Assembly: GCF_000284455.1 (NCBI RefSeq)
Contig: NC_017039.1
Coordinates: forward strand, 3,360,001-3,392,000
Direction of reading: 5' to 3'
Origin: Synechocystis sp. PCC 6803 substr. PCC-P
GTDB lineage: Bacteria > Cyanobacteriota > Cyanobacteriia > Cyanobacteriales > Microcystaceae
Length of the DNA stretch: 32,000 nucleotides
Position numbers and translations under genes: made by a program. Shown piece by piece: positions 9,979-18,635 of the stretch (position 1 is the stretch's first letter; each line of letters starts with the position of its first letter). The notes below the pieces were generated by a model. The model searched no databases and was not told the origin of the DNA. It saw only the letters and a list, made by a program, of their open reading frames with translations.

Positions 9979-10320
9979 ATGCTGCAATTGACCCCCAGTG
10001 CCGCCCAGGAAATTAAACGATTGCAACACAGTCGCCAACTAACCCGCCACCATTTTCGTTTGGCGGTCAGGCCCGGAGGGTGCGCCGGTTGGTTATACCA
10101 TTTGGATTTTGTGCCGGAAATTACCGCTGACGATTTGGAGTATGAAAGTGGCGGTGTGACGGTGCTGGTGGATAGCCAGAGTGCAGGTTACCTCCACAAT
10201 CTCAAATTAGACTATGCCGAGGATTTAATGGGGGGAGGATTTCGTTTCACCAATCCCAATGCTGCCCAGGTGTGTAGTTGCAGCTTGTCCTTTGCTCCTA
10301 ATTTAGAAAAGAATTTGTAG
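9979..10320 (+). CDS. IscA/HesB-family iron-sulfur cluster insertion protein-like
   Basis: 113 aa. LTPSAAQEIKRL, GGCAGWLY and the C-terminal CSCSLSF fit the three-Cys pattern (Cx..CxC) of A-type carriers. Confidence 0.7.
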   Translation: MLQLTPSAAQEIKRLQHSRQLTRHHFRLAVRPGGCAGWLYHLDFVPEITADDLEYESGGVTVLVDSQSAGYLHNLKLDYAEDLMGGGFRFTNPNAAQVCSCSLSFAPNLEKNL

Positions 10321-10328
10321 GCGGACAA

Positions 10329-11516
10329 ATGGTCACCTTTGTCTTGGCAATTACCGCAATCTCCTGCCTGATTTGGTGCTTTCTATTGGTTGGTTGGGGA
10401 AACTTTTGGCGTTGTGATCAGGTTTTAAACTTTGATCGCCCATCAACTTTACAAGCATATCCCTCCGTAGCGGCCATTATTCCGGCTCGGGATGAGGCGA
10501 GCGTATTGGGTCAAAGTTTGCCCAGTTTGTTGGAACAGCATTATCCAGGCCCGTTAAAAATTATTTTGGTGGATGACCAAAGCAGTGATGGCACCGGGGC
10601 CGTGGCCCAACGTATTGCCAGCGGTCTAGGCCATGGCGATCGCCTGGAAGTGGTGTCGGGGCAGCCGTTACCCCCTGGATGGTCGGGAAAATTGTGGGCC
10701 GTGGAACAGGGATGGCAAACAGTACAGTTGAAAAAAAAAGGTTCAGATTCCTGGCCGGAGTACATTTTTCTCACCGATGCGGACATTGCCCATGGTCCCC
10801 AAACCATTACAGCCTTGGTGGAAAAAGCCCAACGGGACAATTTAGCCCTGGTATCCCTGATGGTGCTGTTGCGCTGTGAGAGTGTTTGGGAAAAATTGCT
10901 AATTCCAGCCTTTATTTTTTTCTTTCAAAAGCTTTATCCTTTCCCTTTAGTTAATAATCCCCAACGTCAAACGGCGGCGGCGGCGGGGGGCTGTATTCTC
11001 ATGCAACGGTCAGCCCTACAAACCATTGGCGGTATTGGAGCTCTGAAGGAAGCGTTAATTGACGACTGCACCTTAGCCCAAAAGGTAAAAGCCCAAAAAT
11101 TACCCATTTGGTTGGGGCTAACTAGGGCAAATTGGAGCTTGCGGCCCTACGACAGCCTAGAAACCATTTGGCAGATGGTCAGCCGCACTGCCTATACCCA
11201 ACTGAATTACAATCCTTTGCTGTTGCTGGGGACTTTGCTTGGCATGGCTTTGGTCTATTTGACTGCCCCCATAGCCCTAATATTGGCAATAATTTGGGGT
11301 AATGCTCCCCTGGCCCTATTGGGAGCTTTCACCTGGATGCTAATGGCGATCGCCTATGGCCCGACCCTGAAATTCTATGGGCGCTCCTGGCTTTGGGGTT
11401 TAACCCTACCGTTGATTGCCCTGTTATATAGCCTCATGACCCTGGATTCTGCTTGGCAACATTGGCGAGGCCAGGGCGGCGGTTGGAAAGGTCGGATTTA
11501 TCCCCAGGGGTCTTGA
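10329..11516 (+). CDS. Family 2 glycosyltransferase, membrane-anchored (possibly HpnB-like)
   Basis: 395 aa. An N-terminal TM helix is followed by AAIIPARDEASVLGQSLPSLLEQHYPGPLKIILVDDQSSDGT (GT-A DxD region). FLTDADI, GGCILMQRSAL and C-terminal TM helices are also present. The HpnB-like label is tentative memory of the GWSGKLWA motif. Confidence 0.75.
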   Translation: MVTFVLAITAISCLIWCFLLVGWGNFWRCDQVLNFDRPSTLQAYPSVAAIIPARDEASVLGQSLPSLLEQHYPGPLKIILVDDQSSDGTGAVAQRIASGLGHGDRLEVVSGQPLPPGWSGKLWAVEQGWQTVQLKKKGSDSWPEYIFLTDADIAHGPQTITALVEKAQRDNLALVSLMVLLRCESVWEKLLIPAFIFFFQKLYPFPLVNNPQRQTAAAAGGCILMQRSALQTIGGIGALKEALIDDCTLAQKVKAQKLPIWLGLTRANWSLRPYDSLETIWQMVSRTAYTQLNYNPLLLLGTLLGMALVYLTAPIALILAIIWGNAPLALLGAFTWMLMAIAYGPTLKFYGRSWLWGLTLPLIALLYSLMTLDSAWQHWRGQGGGWKGRIYPQGS

Positions 11517-11545
11517 TTTTTTCGACCCCCAGGAAAACTCCCCAG

Positions 11546-12592
11546 TTATCGGGCAAGGGCACTGAGGTCCCAGATTTTTACGGTTTTGTCCTCCGCACCG
11601 CTGTAGAGGGTATTGCCGTCGGGACTAAAAGCTAGGGAAAGAACCCAGCCTTGGTGACCCCTCAGGGTAGTAACCTGTTTGCCGTTGGCTAAATCGAAGA
11701 TCATAATGGTTCCTTCTTTGTTCGCAGTAGCTACCCAGCGATTATTGGGGGAAACGGCGATGGTATTAATTTCTAAACTGGGGCCTCTGACGGAAAACAA
11801 CTCTTTGGCATCGGCTAAGTTCCAAGCTTTAACAAAATTCCGCACCGCTCCTACCAGTTTTCTGCCATCGGGGGTCACAGCTAAGCCGTTGATGAAACCT
11901 GGCTGTTGGGGAGAAGTGCCCAGTAATTCAAAGGTGTTGGCATCCCAAAATTTAATGGTGCGGTCCTGGCCGATCGCCCCGGTGATAAATTGACTGCCGT
12001 CGGGGGTGAACACAACGCTGGTAGTAGGGCCGAGGTTATCCGCTAGGGTTTGTATCAAGTTGCCCGATGCCCTTTCCCAAATGCGAATGGTGCGATCGCC
12101 ACCACTAACGCTCACAATAGTTTCTCCGTCGGGACTAAAGGCCACACCACTGACCTTATCCGTGTGGCCAACCAGGGTTTCAACCCTCATGCCATCCCGA
12201 ACCCGGCGCACATCAACATTATTGTCAGCGGCGATCGCCAACCATTGACCATCGGCACTAATGGCTAAATCAGCAAAATTATTGACGGGACTCCTTTGGC
12301 TATAAACCACTTCTTGGTTAGCTAAATCAATCAGGGTGATTTGGTTATCCGCCGTAGCCACAGCCAAATATTTACCATCAGGGGTGATGTTGAGGGCAGT
12401 GATAATGCCTTGAAAACCGCTCAGATTTTCCACTGCCACCGACGGACTGGCCGTAGTTTGAGCAACTGTGTATGGGTTAGGGGTGCTGGCATTAGCGTGG
12501 GCATTCTCGCCTGGATAAACTAGGCAAGCAACGGTCAAAAAAAATGTAGCAGGGGCAGAAAATTGTTTCAATCGAGGGAAATAGTTGTTCAT
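11546..12592 (-). CDS. Secreted/periplasmic WD40-repeat (beta-propeller) protein
   Basis: 348 aa. A signal-peptide-like N-terminus ends in AHA. WD-type blades repeat (GHTDKVSGVAFSPDGETIVSVSGGDRTIRIWE, DRTIKFWD, GHQGWVLSLAFSPDGNTLYSGAEDKTVKIWD). Confidence 0.85.
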   Translation of the reverse strand: MNNYFPRLKQFSAPATFFLTVACLVYPGENAHANASTPNPYTVAQTTASPSVAVENLSGFQGIITALNITPDGKYLAVATADNQITLIDLANQEVVYSQRSPVNNFADLAISADGQWLAIAADNNVDVRRVRDGMRVETLVGHTDKVSGVAFSPDGETIVSVSGGDRTIRIWERASGNLIQTLADNLGPTTSVVFTPDGSQFITGAIGQDRTIKFWDANTFELLGTSPQQPGFINGLAVTPDGRKLVGAVRNFVKAWNLADAKELFSVRGPSLEINTIAVSPNNRWVATANKEGTIMIFDLANGKQVTTLRGHQGWVLSLAFSPDGNTLYSGAEDKTVKIWDLSALAR

Positions 12593-12875
12593 CTTAAAAA
12601 ATAGTTAAGTTACTAAAACGTTCGCTTACTTGATTATAATAAGCGTTACTTAAAGTCTTTTTATAAGGTTTTAGTCCATCTTCTCAACCGACCCCCTAAA
12701 AATCTGTTGATAATAAATAATTTTTGCTAATCCTCCTTTTTGATGGGACGGATAGGAACAATTGATTATCACTTCTAGACTCTTCCAACACATTCTCAGG
12801 CAATTTATCTTGGGAGTACTATTTTAAAAAATATCAATAAATCATATACATTTGGCAACATTAGCCCTAACTTAA

Positions 12876-13004
12876 CCTAGAATGTGTTTACAAAGTTTTA
12901 TTTTGATCCCCAAATCTCCTGACTAAGGCTTCGGCAATGCTAGGAAACTTTCACTCAGTTTTTCTCCAAATTTGGGGAGTCAGGGGGGCTTGCAAAACAG
13001 GCTC
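12876..13004 (-). repeat. Dispersed MITE-like repeat, copy A (inverted relative to copies B and C)
   Basis: The reverse complement aligns by eye with 15414-15540 and 26337-26454. Shared blocks are AGCCTGTTTTGCAAG, CCCCAAATTTGG, AAAACTGAGTGAAAG, GATTTGGGG and AATAAAACTTT. Confidence 0.7.
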
Positions 13005-13117
13005 TTAATTAGCGGACTGATCAATTATTTGTCATTGGTTAATCAAGTGGTTTATATTTAATTGATTTATTCAGACCGGTTCAATATCTTTTGATCTATT
13101 TTTGACTATTAAAATAT

Positions 13118-15415
13118 ATGAAACTTTTTCATTGGCTACTTTATTTCACCACGTTCAGTTTACCAGGAATAATTCCCTGCCCTGTTTTAGCCAATGAAGT
13201 TCTCAATTTTACTAACTTTACCCCTACCACGGCAGAATTAAATGATGACTTCCCATTGGAAAAGACAATCAGATTAGAGCCATTTATAGTAGAAAATATT
13301 GCCGATTTAAGAGCCGCTGAATCAAATCAAGAGCCATGGCAAACTTCCGTAGATTATTCCCATAGCTTGACCTCCAGCACCCTAACCACGGAGGATTTAA
13401 GGGGCCAGTCAACACAGTTGGTACAGCTTACAAGCCAAGCATTAACTGAGCCAACAAAAGAAGGAGAACAAGATTTTTTGCCAGCCATAACTCCAGAAAA
13501 AAGTTCCTATCCGGAGAGTATTACCCAACAGTCGACCAACACAGAAAATAGTGAACAGCTTAGCCCCAACCCAATAGCTGACACTGCCCAAAATGACGGT
13601 TGGCAAATTTTTATTACCCCCGGTGCCATCCTACCCATTAATGCCTATGGGTCAGCCAGAATTAGGAGAGTTCAGGGTGATTATCACCTTACCACTGCGG
13701 ACATACTGGAAAAATTAACAGTTTATGCTGGGGGAAGAGTCGAAGCTTGGCACGGTAACTGGGGCATTATTTTGGATGGATTTTATTATAATTTGCAGGG
13801 AGCTACCACCAATCAACGGGACAATTTTACTGGCTTAGCATCTTTTAGTCCAATTAATTATTTACTCAACACAGATATCAATAATCGTTTGAATGGAATT
13901 AGTGACATTCTTGTCGACCAGTCTGATATTTTACAGCAAAAGAAAAGTGATATTAACCAAAGTCTAGACCAAATTCAATCTGAGTTTGAACTGGTGCGCA
14001 ATGCAGCTCCCGATCGCCAGGAGTTAATGGCGGCGATCGCCTCAGCTTCGGCCAAAATTGAAGCATTGCAAGCCTTGGGTAATGCCATTGACCGGGAAGC
14101 TATTGGGGCTTGGGCGGAACAAATTAACGAACTGAAAAAGATGGTGGAGGAGGGCAACCTTGGGGAACGGGAAATCGAACAAAAATTAGCCCAACTCCAG
14201 ACCGTCCTAGCTGCTGCCCAGGGTTTTCGGGACAATGCCATTGGTTCTATTGATCGTCTGGAGGACCGAGTGCAACAACGGGTGACGGAAATTCAAACCT
14301 TTGCTGCCCAGTTGCAAAACCTGAGGGAAGAAACTAGAGAATTGCTGGCCACATTGCCCCTCGAAGAAATTGACCGTCGGGATTTGGCCAAAATTGCCCT
14401 GGGGGGCCTAGATAAAATAAAGGAAATTGAGGGCGATCGGGACCGTTCCACTTTGGAAAATATCATCGACCGGATGGAAACTGCCCAGGATAAGTTGGAG
14501 GCAGTGCGTGCCTTACAGACGGAAATTCAAACGCGCATTGCTAATCTTCGTTCCAGGGAAGATCTAGGGGCATTGCAGAAAAAATTGGCGGAAACTAGGG
14601 AAAAAGTGGGACAAGTGCGGGAGGCGATCGCCAATCTAGAGAAAATTAAGGATTCCCATCTAGGGGAAATTATTCAAATCCTCCAAGACAGTAATGCCAA
14701 GGAAAACTTGATTCAATTGCAAGAAGCACTGGCCAAGTTGCAATCGCTCAAAAATAATGCAAATTTTGCCGATGCCTTACAAGATTTAGCCAAACTAGAC
14801 CAAATTTTGGCCAATGAAGAGCAAGTAATTGCCGCCATTCGGACTGAACTTTACGGGGCAGGGCAACGGGATTTAACCATTGATACCAACACCGAGCTAT
14901 CCGTCAGCGAAACTACCGTTGATCTAGCCATTAGCTACCATTTTGGCGACGCCCGTCCTGTTTACGGTTCAGGAAGCCAGAGCAGAAGTTATCCCCAGTG
15001 GTGGTTTGAACCCTACATCGGAGCCAGGTTGATCAATCTCAGCTTTGCCCTGGACCAGACCACTAACTACCGCTATAACAGCTCCCTAGTTTCCCTGGCG
15101 GGACAATTCCAAATTAATGAAACCGCTAGCCGCACTTGGATTAATCCCTTAGTGGGGGGAAAATTGGGGGTGCAGTTGACGGATACTTTGGCCCTTTGGC
15201 TCCGGGGGGATGTGTCCGGCTTTGACCTATCGGGGGAGGCGGATTGGAATTGGAACGCCATTTTAGGACTAGATTACTATGTAAGAGAAAATGTGGCCAT
15301 CCAGCTAGGTTACAAATTTTATAGTTTGAAGTATGGACAGGGCAGTGGCGACGATGGTTTTGATTTTTCCCTGAATTTGAATGGCCTCTATTTGGGTTTG
15401 ACCCTAAGGCTTTAG
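13118..15415 (+). CDS. Secreted protein with a predicted outer-membrane beta-barrel split by a long coiled-coil insertion
   Basis: 765 aa with a signal peptide (MKLFHWLLYFTTFSLPGIIPCPVLA). The layout is an S/T/Q/E-rich linker, then beta-strand-like segments (WQIFITPGAILP, GRVEAWHGNWGIILDGFYYNL), then about 330 aa of heptad-rich helix. The C-terminus has alternating-hydrophobic strands (VDLAISYHFG, PYIGARLINLSF, LALWLRGDVSGFD, WNAILGLDYYV, VAIQLGYKFYSLKY, LNGLYLGLTLRL). Confidence 0.7.
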   Translation: MKLFHWLLYFTTFSLPGIIPCPVLANEVLNFTNFTPTTAELNDDFPLEKTIRLEPFIVENIADLRAAESNQEPWQTSVDYSHSLTSSTLTTEDLRGQSTQLVQLTSQALTEPTKEGEQDFLPAITPEKSSYPESITQQSTNTENSEQLSPNPIADTAQNDGWQIFITPGAILPINAYGSARIRRVQGDYHLTTADILEKLTVYAGGRVEAWHGNWGIILDGFYYNLQGATTNQRDNFTGLASFSPINYLLNTDINNRLNGISDILVDQSDILQQKKSDINQSLDQIQSEFELVRNAAPDRQELMAAIASASAKIEALQALGNAIDREAIGAWAEQINELKKMVEEGNLGEREIEQKLAQLQTVLAAAQGFRDNAIGSIDRLEDRVQQRVTEIQTFAAQLQNLREETRELLATLPLEEIDRRDLAKIALGGLDKIKEIEGDRDRSTLENIIDRMETAQDKLEAVRALQTEIQTRIANLRSREDLGALQKKLAETREKVGQVREAIANLEKIKDSHLGEIIQILQDSNAKENLIQLQEALAKLQSLKNNANFADALQDLAKLDQILANEEQVIAAIRTELYGAGQRDLTIDTNTELSVSETTVDLAISYHFGDARPVYGSGSQSRSYPQWWFEPYIGARLINLSFALDQTTNYRYNSSLVSLAGQFQINETASRTWINPLVGGKLGVQLTDTLALWLRGDVSGFDLSGEADWNWNAILGLDYYVRENVAIQLGYKFYSLKYGQGSGDDGFDFSLNLNGLYLGLTLRL

Positions 15416-15540
15416 GCTGTTTGCAAGACCCCGCGGCCCCCCGAATTTGGGGGAAAACTGAGTGAAAGTCCTCCATTATTGCCGGAGCTTTAGTGGGTCG
15501 ATTTAGAGGGCGGAATGAAACTTTCCAATCTGAGTCTGTT
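15414..15540 (+). repeat. Dispersed MITE-like repeat, copy B
   Basis: It starts at the TAG stop of the 765-aa ORF: AGGCTGTTTGCAAG..CCCCCCGAATTTGGGGGAAAACTGAGTGAAAGTCC..GATTTAGAGGGCGGAATGAAACTTT. It aligns with copies A (reverse complement) and C. Confidence 0.7.
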
Positions 15541-15695
15541 AACTTTCACCAAGGAATTTATTTTAAAAACTTTAAAAACAGAGTCTTCTAACCGACAAAA
15601 ATCCCCTTCAGTCTCCCTATAACTCCATAACCCCGGATTATGGTGACTGGTACCATGGCAGGGTTGAACGCAAAACATCTCAATTTATCAAACCA

Positions 15696-16106
15696 ATGAA
15701 ACCTGAATTTGCCACTGTCCAGGCCTGGGAACAGGCAGATTGCCTGATGCAACCAGCTCTGATTCGCACCATTGACCATCTGCGACAAGGTTTGGAAAGT
15801 TGTCCCTGGCGCAGTCGCTACGAGGAGGTGCAGGAACCCATCCCAGGCCATCGGTTAATTCTGGAAAATGAGGGGCAAACCTACGGAGTTAACATTTGGG
15901 ATTTATGCTTTCAAGTCTGCTTTGCCAATTATCAAGCCCAGCCCTTTGGGGATAACTTGCCGGAGAATAATCAGGCTTTGGCAGTGGAAATAGACCAGGA
16001 CTTATTTAACGACCAAGGGGAAGTGGATTGGACGAAATTAGACCATAAAGCTCGCCATTGCGTGGAAGTATTTTTAGCCGCCCTGCCCACCGTTGGCCAT
16101 AGTTGA
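15696..16106 (+). CDS. Hypothetical protein (no family recognised)
   Basis: 136-aa ORF with an ATG start and composition like the neighbouring genes. Its last 33 nt overlap the 3' end of the convergent larB/cpmA ORF. Confidence 0.5.
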   Translation: MKPEFATVQAWEQADCLMQPALIRTIDHLRQGLESCPWRSRYEEVQEPIPGHRLILENEGQTYGVNIWDLCFQVCFANYQAQPFGDNLPENNQALAVEIDQDLFNDQGEVDWTKLDHKARHCVEVFLAALPTVGHS

Positions 16107-16913
16107 TTTTGATTGCAGGCGATCAACCGTGCGGAGAATTTGTCCTGCCAACATGGCCGCTCCAAAGCCGTTGTCAATATTGACTACCCCCACCCCCACT
16201 GCACAGGAATTGAGCATGGTTAACAGGGGAGCCACGCCGCCGAAACTGGTGCCATAACCGACGCTGGTGGGTACGCCAATCACAGGACAGTCCACTAATC
16301 CCGCCACCACACTGGGCAAAGCCCCTTCCATACCGGCCACCACAATCAACACATCCATGGCTTGGATTAATTCTCGATGGCTCAACAGTCGGTGAATGCC
16401 GGCAACTCCCACGTCCCAGAGTTTCTCCACTTTGAACCCGCAGAGGCTGGCAGTGATGGCCGCTTCCTCCGCCACGGGTAAATCCGCTGTACCTGCACTG
16501 AGAACGCCAATGGTACCGGAATATTTAATTTGTAAAGGGGTTTGCACCAGGGCACAAATGCGAGCTTGGGGATAGTACTGCAATAGAGGAATGCGATCGC
16601 CAAGGAGATCCGCCACCTCCGGCTCCACCCTGGTCACTAGCACCACCGGATTATGCACTGCTAAGACCTGGATAATCTGCTCAATTTGTTCTGGGGTTTT
16701 GCCTGGGCCCCACACAACTTCTGGAAAACCCGTCCGCAGTTGCCGCTGATGATCCACTTTGGCAAAATCATCGATCGCCTGGAAACTGAGGTGTTTAAGC
16801 TGCTCAAAACCCTCTTGGCTACTGATGTGGCCACTGGCGATCGCCGTGAGCAATTGTTGGAGGGAATCTGGGGTCATCGGTGCAGAAAACTGAAAAACAG
16901 GGCCACTGACCAT
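16074..16913 (-). CDS. larB: LarB-type NCAIR-mutase (PurE)-related protein; homolog of circadian phase modifier CpmA
   Basis: 279 aa. The C-terminal PurE-like fold shows GVLSAGTADLPVAEEA, IVVAGMEGALPSVVAGL, VIGVPTSVGYG and NIDNGFGAA. The N-terminal domain is typical of LarB/CpmA. Confidence 0.8.
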   Translation of the reverse strand: MVSGPVFQFSAPMTPDSLQQLLTAIASGHISSQEGFEQLKHLSFQAIDDFAKVDHQRQLRTGFPEVVWGPGKTPEQIEQIIQVLAVHNPVVLVTRVEPEVADLLGDRIPLLQYYPQARICALVQTPLQIKYSGTIGVLSAGTADLPVAEEAAITASLCGFKVEKLWDVGVAGIHRLLSHRELIQAMDVLIVVAGMEGALPSVVAGLVDCPVIGVPTSVGYGTSFGGVAPLLTMLNSCAVGVGVVNIDNGFGAAMLAGQILRTVDRLQSKSTMANGGQGG

Positions 16914-16928
16914 TCTGGACTATTTGGG

Positions 16929-17594
16929 CTAGGTTGCCCCGCCGTACATGGCCTGTAGTACCAGAGCCGGATCTACTAAAACTCCGTTATGGCGCAGTTC
17001 CCAATGGAGATGGGGCCCTGTGGTTCTTCCCGTCATGCCCACCCGACCAATGCGCATCCCCGCCACCACCTGTTGTCCCTGTTGGAGCACAATGCCCCCC
17101 TGGCGATCGACCAAATACCGTTGCCCCTGATGCACTTCCACCCCGCCCATTAAATGACAGTAAGTGTGCTGCCAAGGGCCGGACTGAATGCGAACCATGG
17201 TGCCGCAACCGGTATGGTCGGACATTTCCACCACTGTGCCATGCCACCAATTGCGTATGTAACTGCCCAGGGGCGCAGCCAAATCCAAGCCATTGTGGAA
17301 AGTGCTAGCCCCAGCGGTGGGGGCTCGGCGGGGACCAAACCCAGAAGTATATTGCTGGAAATTTTCCACCGGGAAAGAAGCATACTGCCAAGGGTTGGTG
17401 GAACTGGTAGCCACTGGAGCATATTGAGCAGCAACCTGGTTATTGGAGGCCAAAGCAATGGTCAAGGTGCTACTGGCCATAACCAGAGCGAGGAGAGATA
17501 TTAACGACCATAGTCGGCATTTTCTGACCCTGGGCCTGGATAAATTTCTACTTAACCAATGCTTTTGACGACAAGTTCGCCAGAAAGAGTTCAT
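16929..17594 (-). CDS. M23 (LytM-type) metallo-endopeptidase, membrane-anchored or secreted
   Basis: 221 aa with an N-terminal hydrophobic helix (LWSLISLLALVMASSTLTIALA). M23 Zn-ligand motifs are present: FHNGLDLAAPLG (HxxxD) and GRTTGPHLHWELRHNG (HxH). Confidence 0.85.
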   Translation of the reverse strand: MNSFWRTCRQKHWLSRNLSRPRVRKCRLWSLISLLALVMASSTLTIALASNNQVAAQYAPVATSSTNPWQYASFPVENFQQYTSGFGPRRAPTAGASTFHNGLDLAAPLGSYIRNWWHGTVVEMSDHTGCGTMVRIQSGPWQHTYCHLMGGVEVHQGQRYLVDRQGGIVLQQGQQVVAGMRIGRVGMTGRTTGPHLHWELRHNGVLVDPALVLQAMYGGAT

Positions 17595-17956
17595 AGCACA
17601 ATCCTCACACGTTTCACACTGCTCCCTAGTGTATGCCTAGAATTGTTCCCTGGCGAAGGTCAACTTATTTATCTCTGGAGGCATACCTGGGTGTGGGTAA
17701 AAAGCACGAAAATGCCCATTAATGCCCCTGTCGTCCGTAATGAGGAAAGATCTAGCAAAAGTCTTCTGGATGGAAAGAGGATTGCAAAAAGATTCTTCTC
17801 TAGAAAATCTTACTTTTCCAGTATTCTCCTAGACCATTAACTTTAGGCTTTAAGACCAGTTAAATTGGGCTTGGTTTGGTATAGATTGAGGTTAACTAGT
17901 TAAAAATACAGTCTATCTTGCTCCGTTGTTGTTGTTCTTCCGCCCCCCGCTGAGCC

Positions 17957-18616
17957 GTGCTCTACAAAATTCGCCACTATCCCAACTCGGTGTTGGCCGT
18001 TACGCTCAAACCCAAGGAACGGCTCTACATTAACCCCGGTTCCCTAATTAGCATGGATGGGGGATTGGTCGTTAGTCGGGTTTGTGGTGGAGGCTGGCTC
18101 CGGGCCTTGGCTCGGTTTTTATTGGGTAAAGAAAACTTAATGGTTAATGCCATCCATAATCCCAGCGATCAACCGTTAAGTTTTACCCTAGGCAAAGCCT
18201 TACCAGGAAATTTGACCAGGCTAGACTTACCCAAAAATGGCATAGTCATCAATCCAGGAGTACATGTTGCCCATACCAGCGGCGTCAATATGGGGGTGTA
18301 TTGGCTCGGTCTATCCAGTTGGTGGGGGGGGCAGGGTTTATTCGGTTTGAAACTCCAAGGTAAAGGCCGCGTCTTCCTTGGTAGCTACGGCACCCTTAAC
18401 CAGTTGTCCTGCCCCCAGAGTTTTGTGGTGGAGCACTCTCATTTAGTAGCGTTTCAGCCCAAGCTCAAGCTCAAAGTTAATTTTCCCCGGGGTATTGTTG
18501 GTGATCTCCAGTCCGGTCGGGGGCTGAGTTCCCTTCTAAAGGGCTCCGGCAACCTCTATTGGCAATCCCGTAGCTTGAGCAGTTTAGGCCGTTTTATCCG
18601 GCTCCGACTGCGCTGA
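17957..18616 (+). CDS. AIM24/DUF124-like protein, paralog 1 of 3
   Basis: 219 aa with a GTG start. Motifs are LYINPGSLISMDGG, LPGNLTRLDL, GQGLFGLKLQGKGRVFLGSYG and VVEHSHLVAFQPKLKLKV. These match my memory of the DUF124 (TIGR00266/PF01987) pattern. Confidence 0.65.
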   Translation: MLYKIRHYPNSVLAVTLKPKERLYINPGSLISMDGGLVVSRVCGGGWLRALARFLLGKENLMVNAIHNPSDQPLSFTLGKALPGNLTRLDLPKNGIVINPGVHVAHTSGVNMGVYWLGLSSWWGGQGLFGLKLQGKGRVFLGSYGTLNQLSCPQSFVVEHSHLVAFQPKLKLKVNFPRGIVGDLQSGRGLSSLLKGSGNLYWQSRSLSSLGRFIRLRLR

Positions 18617-18635
18617 TTTTTTCTTTGCCCGCCCT

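Noticed and set aside
15431-15460. The GC-clamped palindrome of the repeat as a rho-independent terminator for the 765-aa gene
   Set aside because: The hairpin is followed by an A-run rather than a T-run in the gene's orientation, and the palindrome has almost no loop. A role in RNA stability is possible, but a classical terminator call is not supported.
16934-17504. Several 100-125 aa ORFs on both strands within the M23 peptidase gene
   Set aside because: They overlap a gene with intact HxxxD and HxH M23 motifs. Their Pro/Gly/Arg-rich composition and lack of motifs point to shadow frames.
17628-17692. Inverted repeat GTATGCCT ... AGGCATAC upstream of the AIM24-like trio
   Set aside because: It has only an 8-bp stem and a loop of about 40 nt. 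This is easily chance in a 362-nt spacer, so it is not enough to call an operator or riboswitch.
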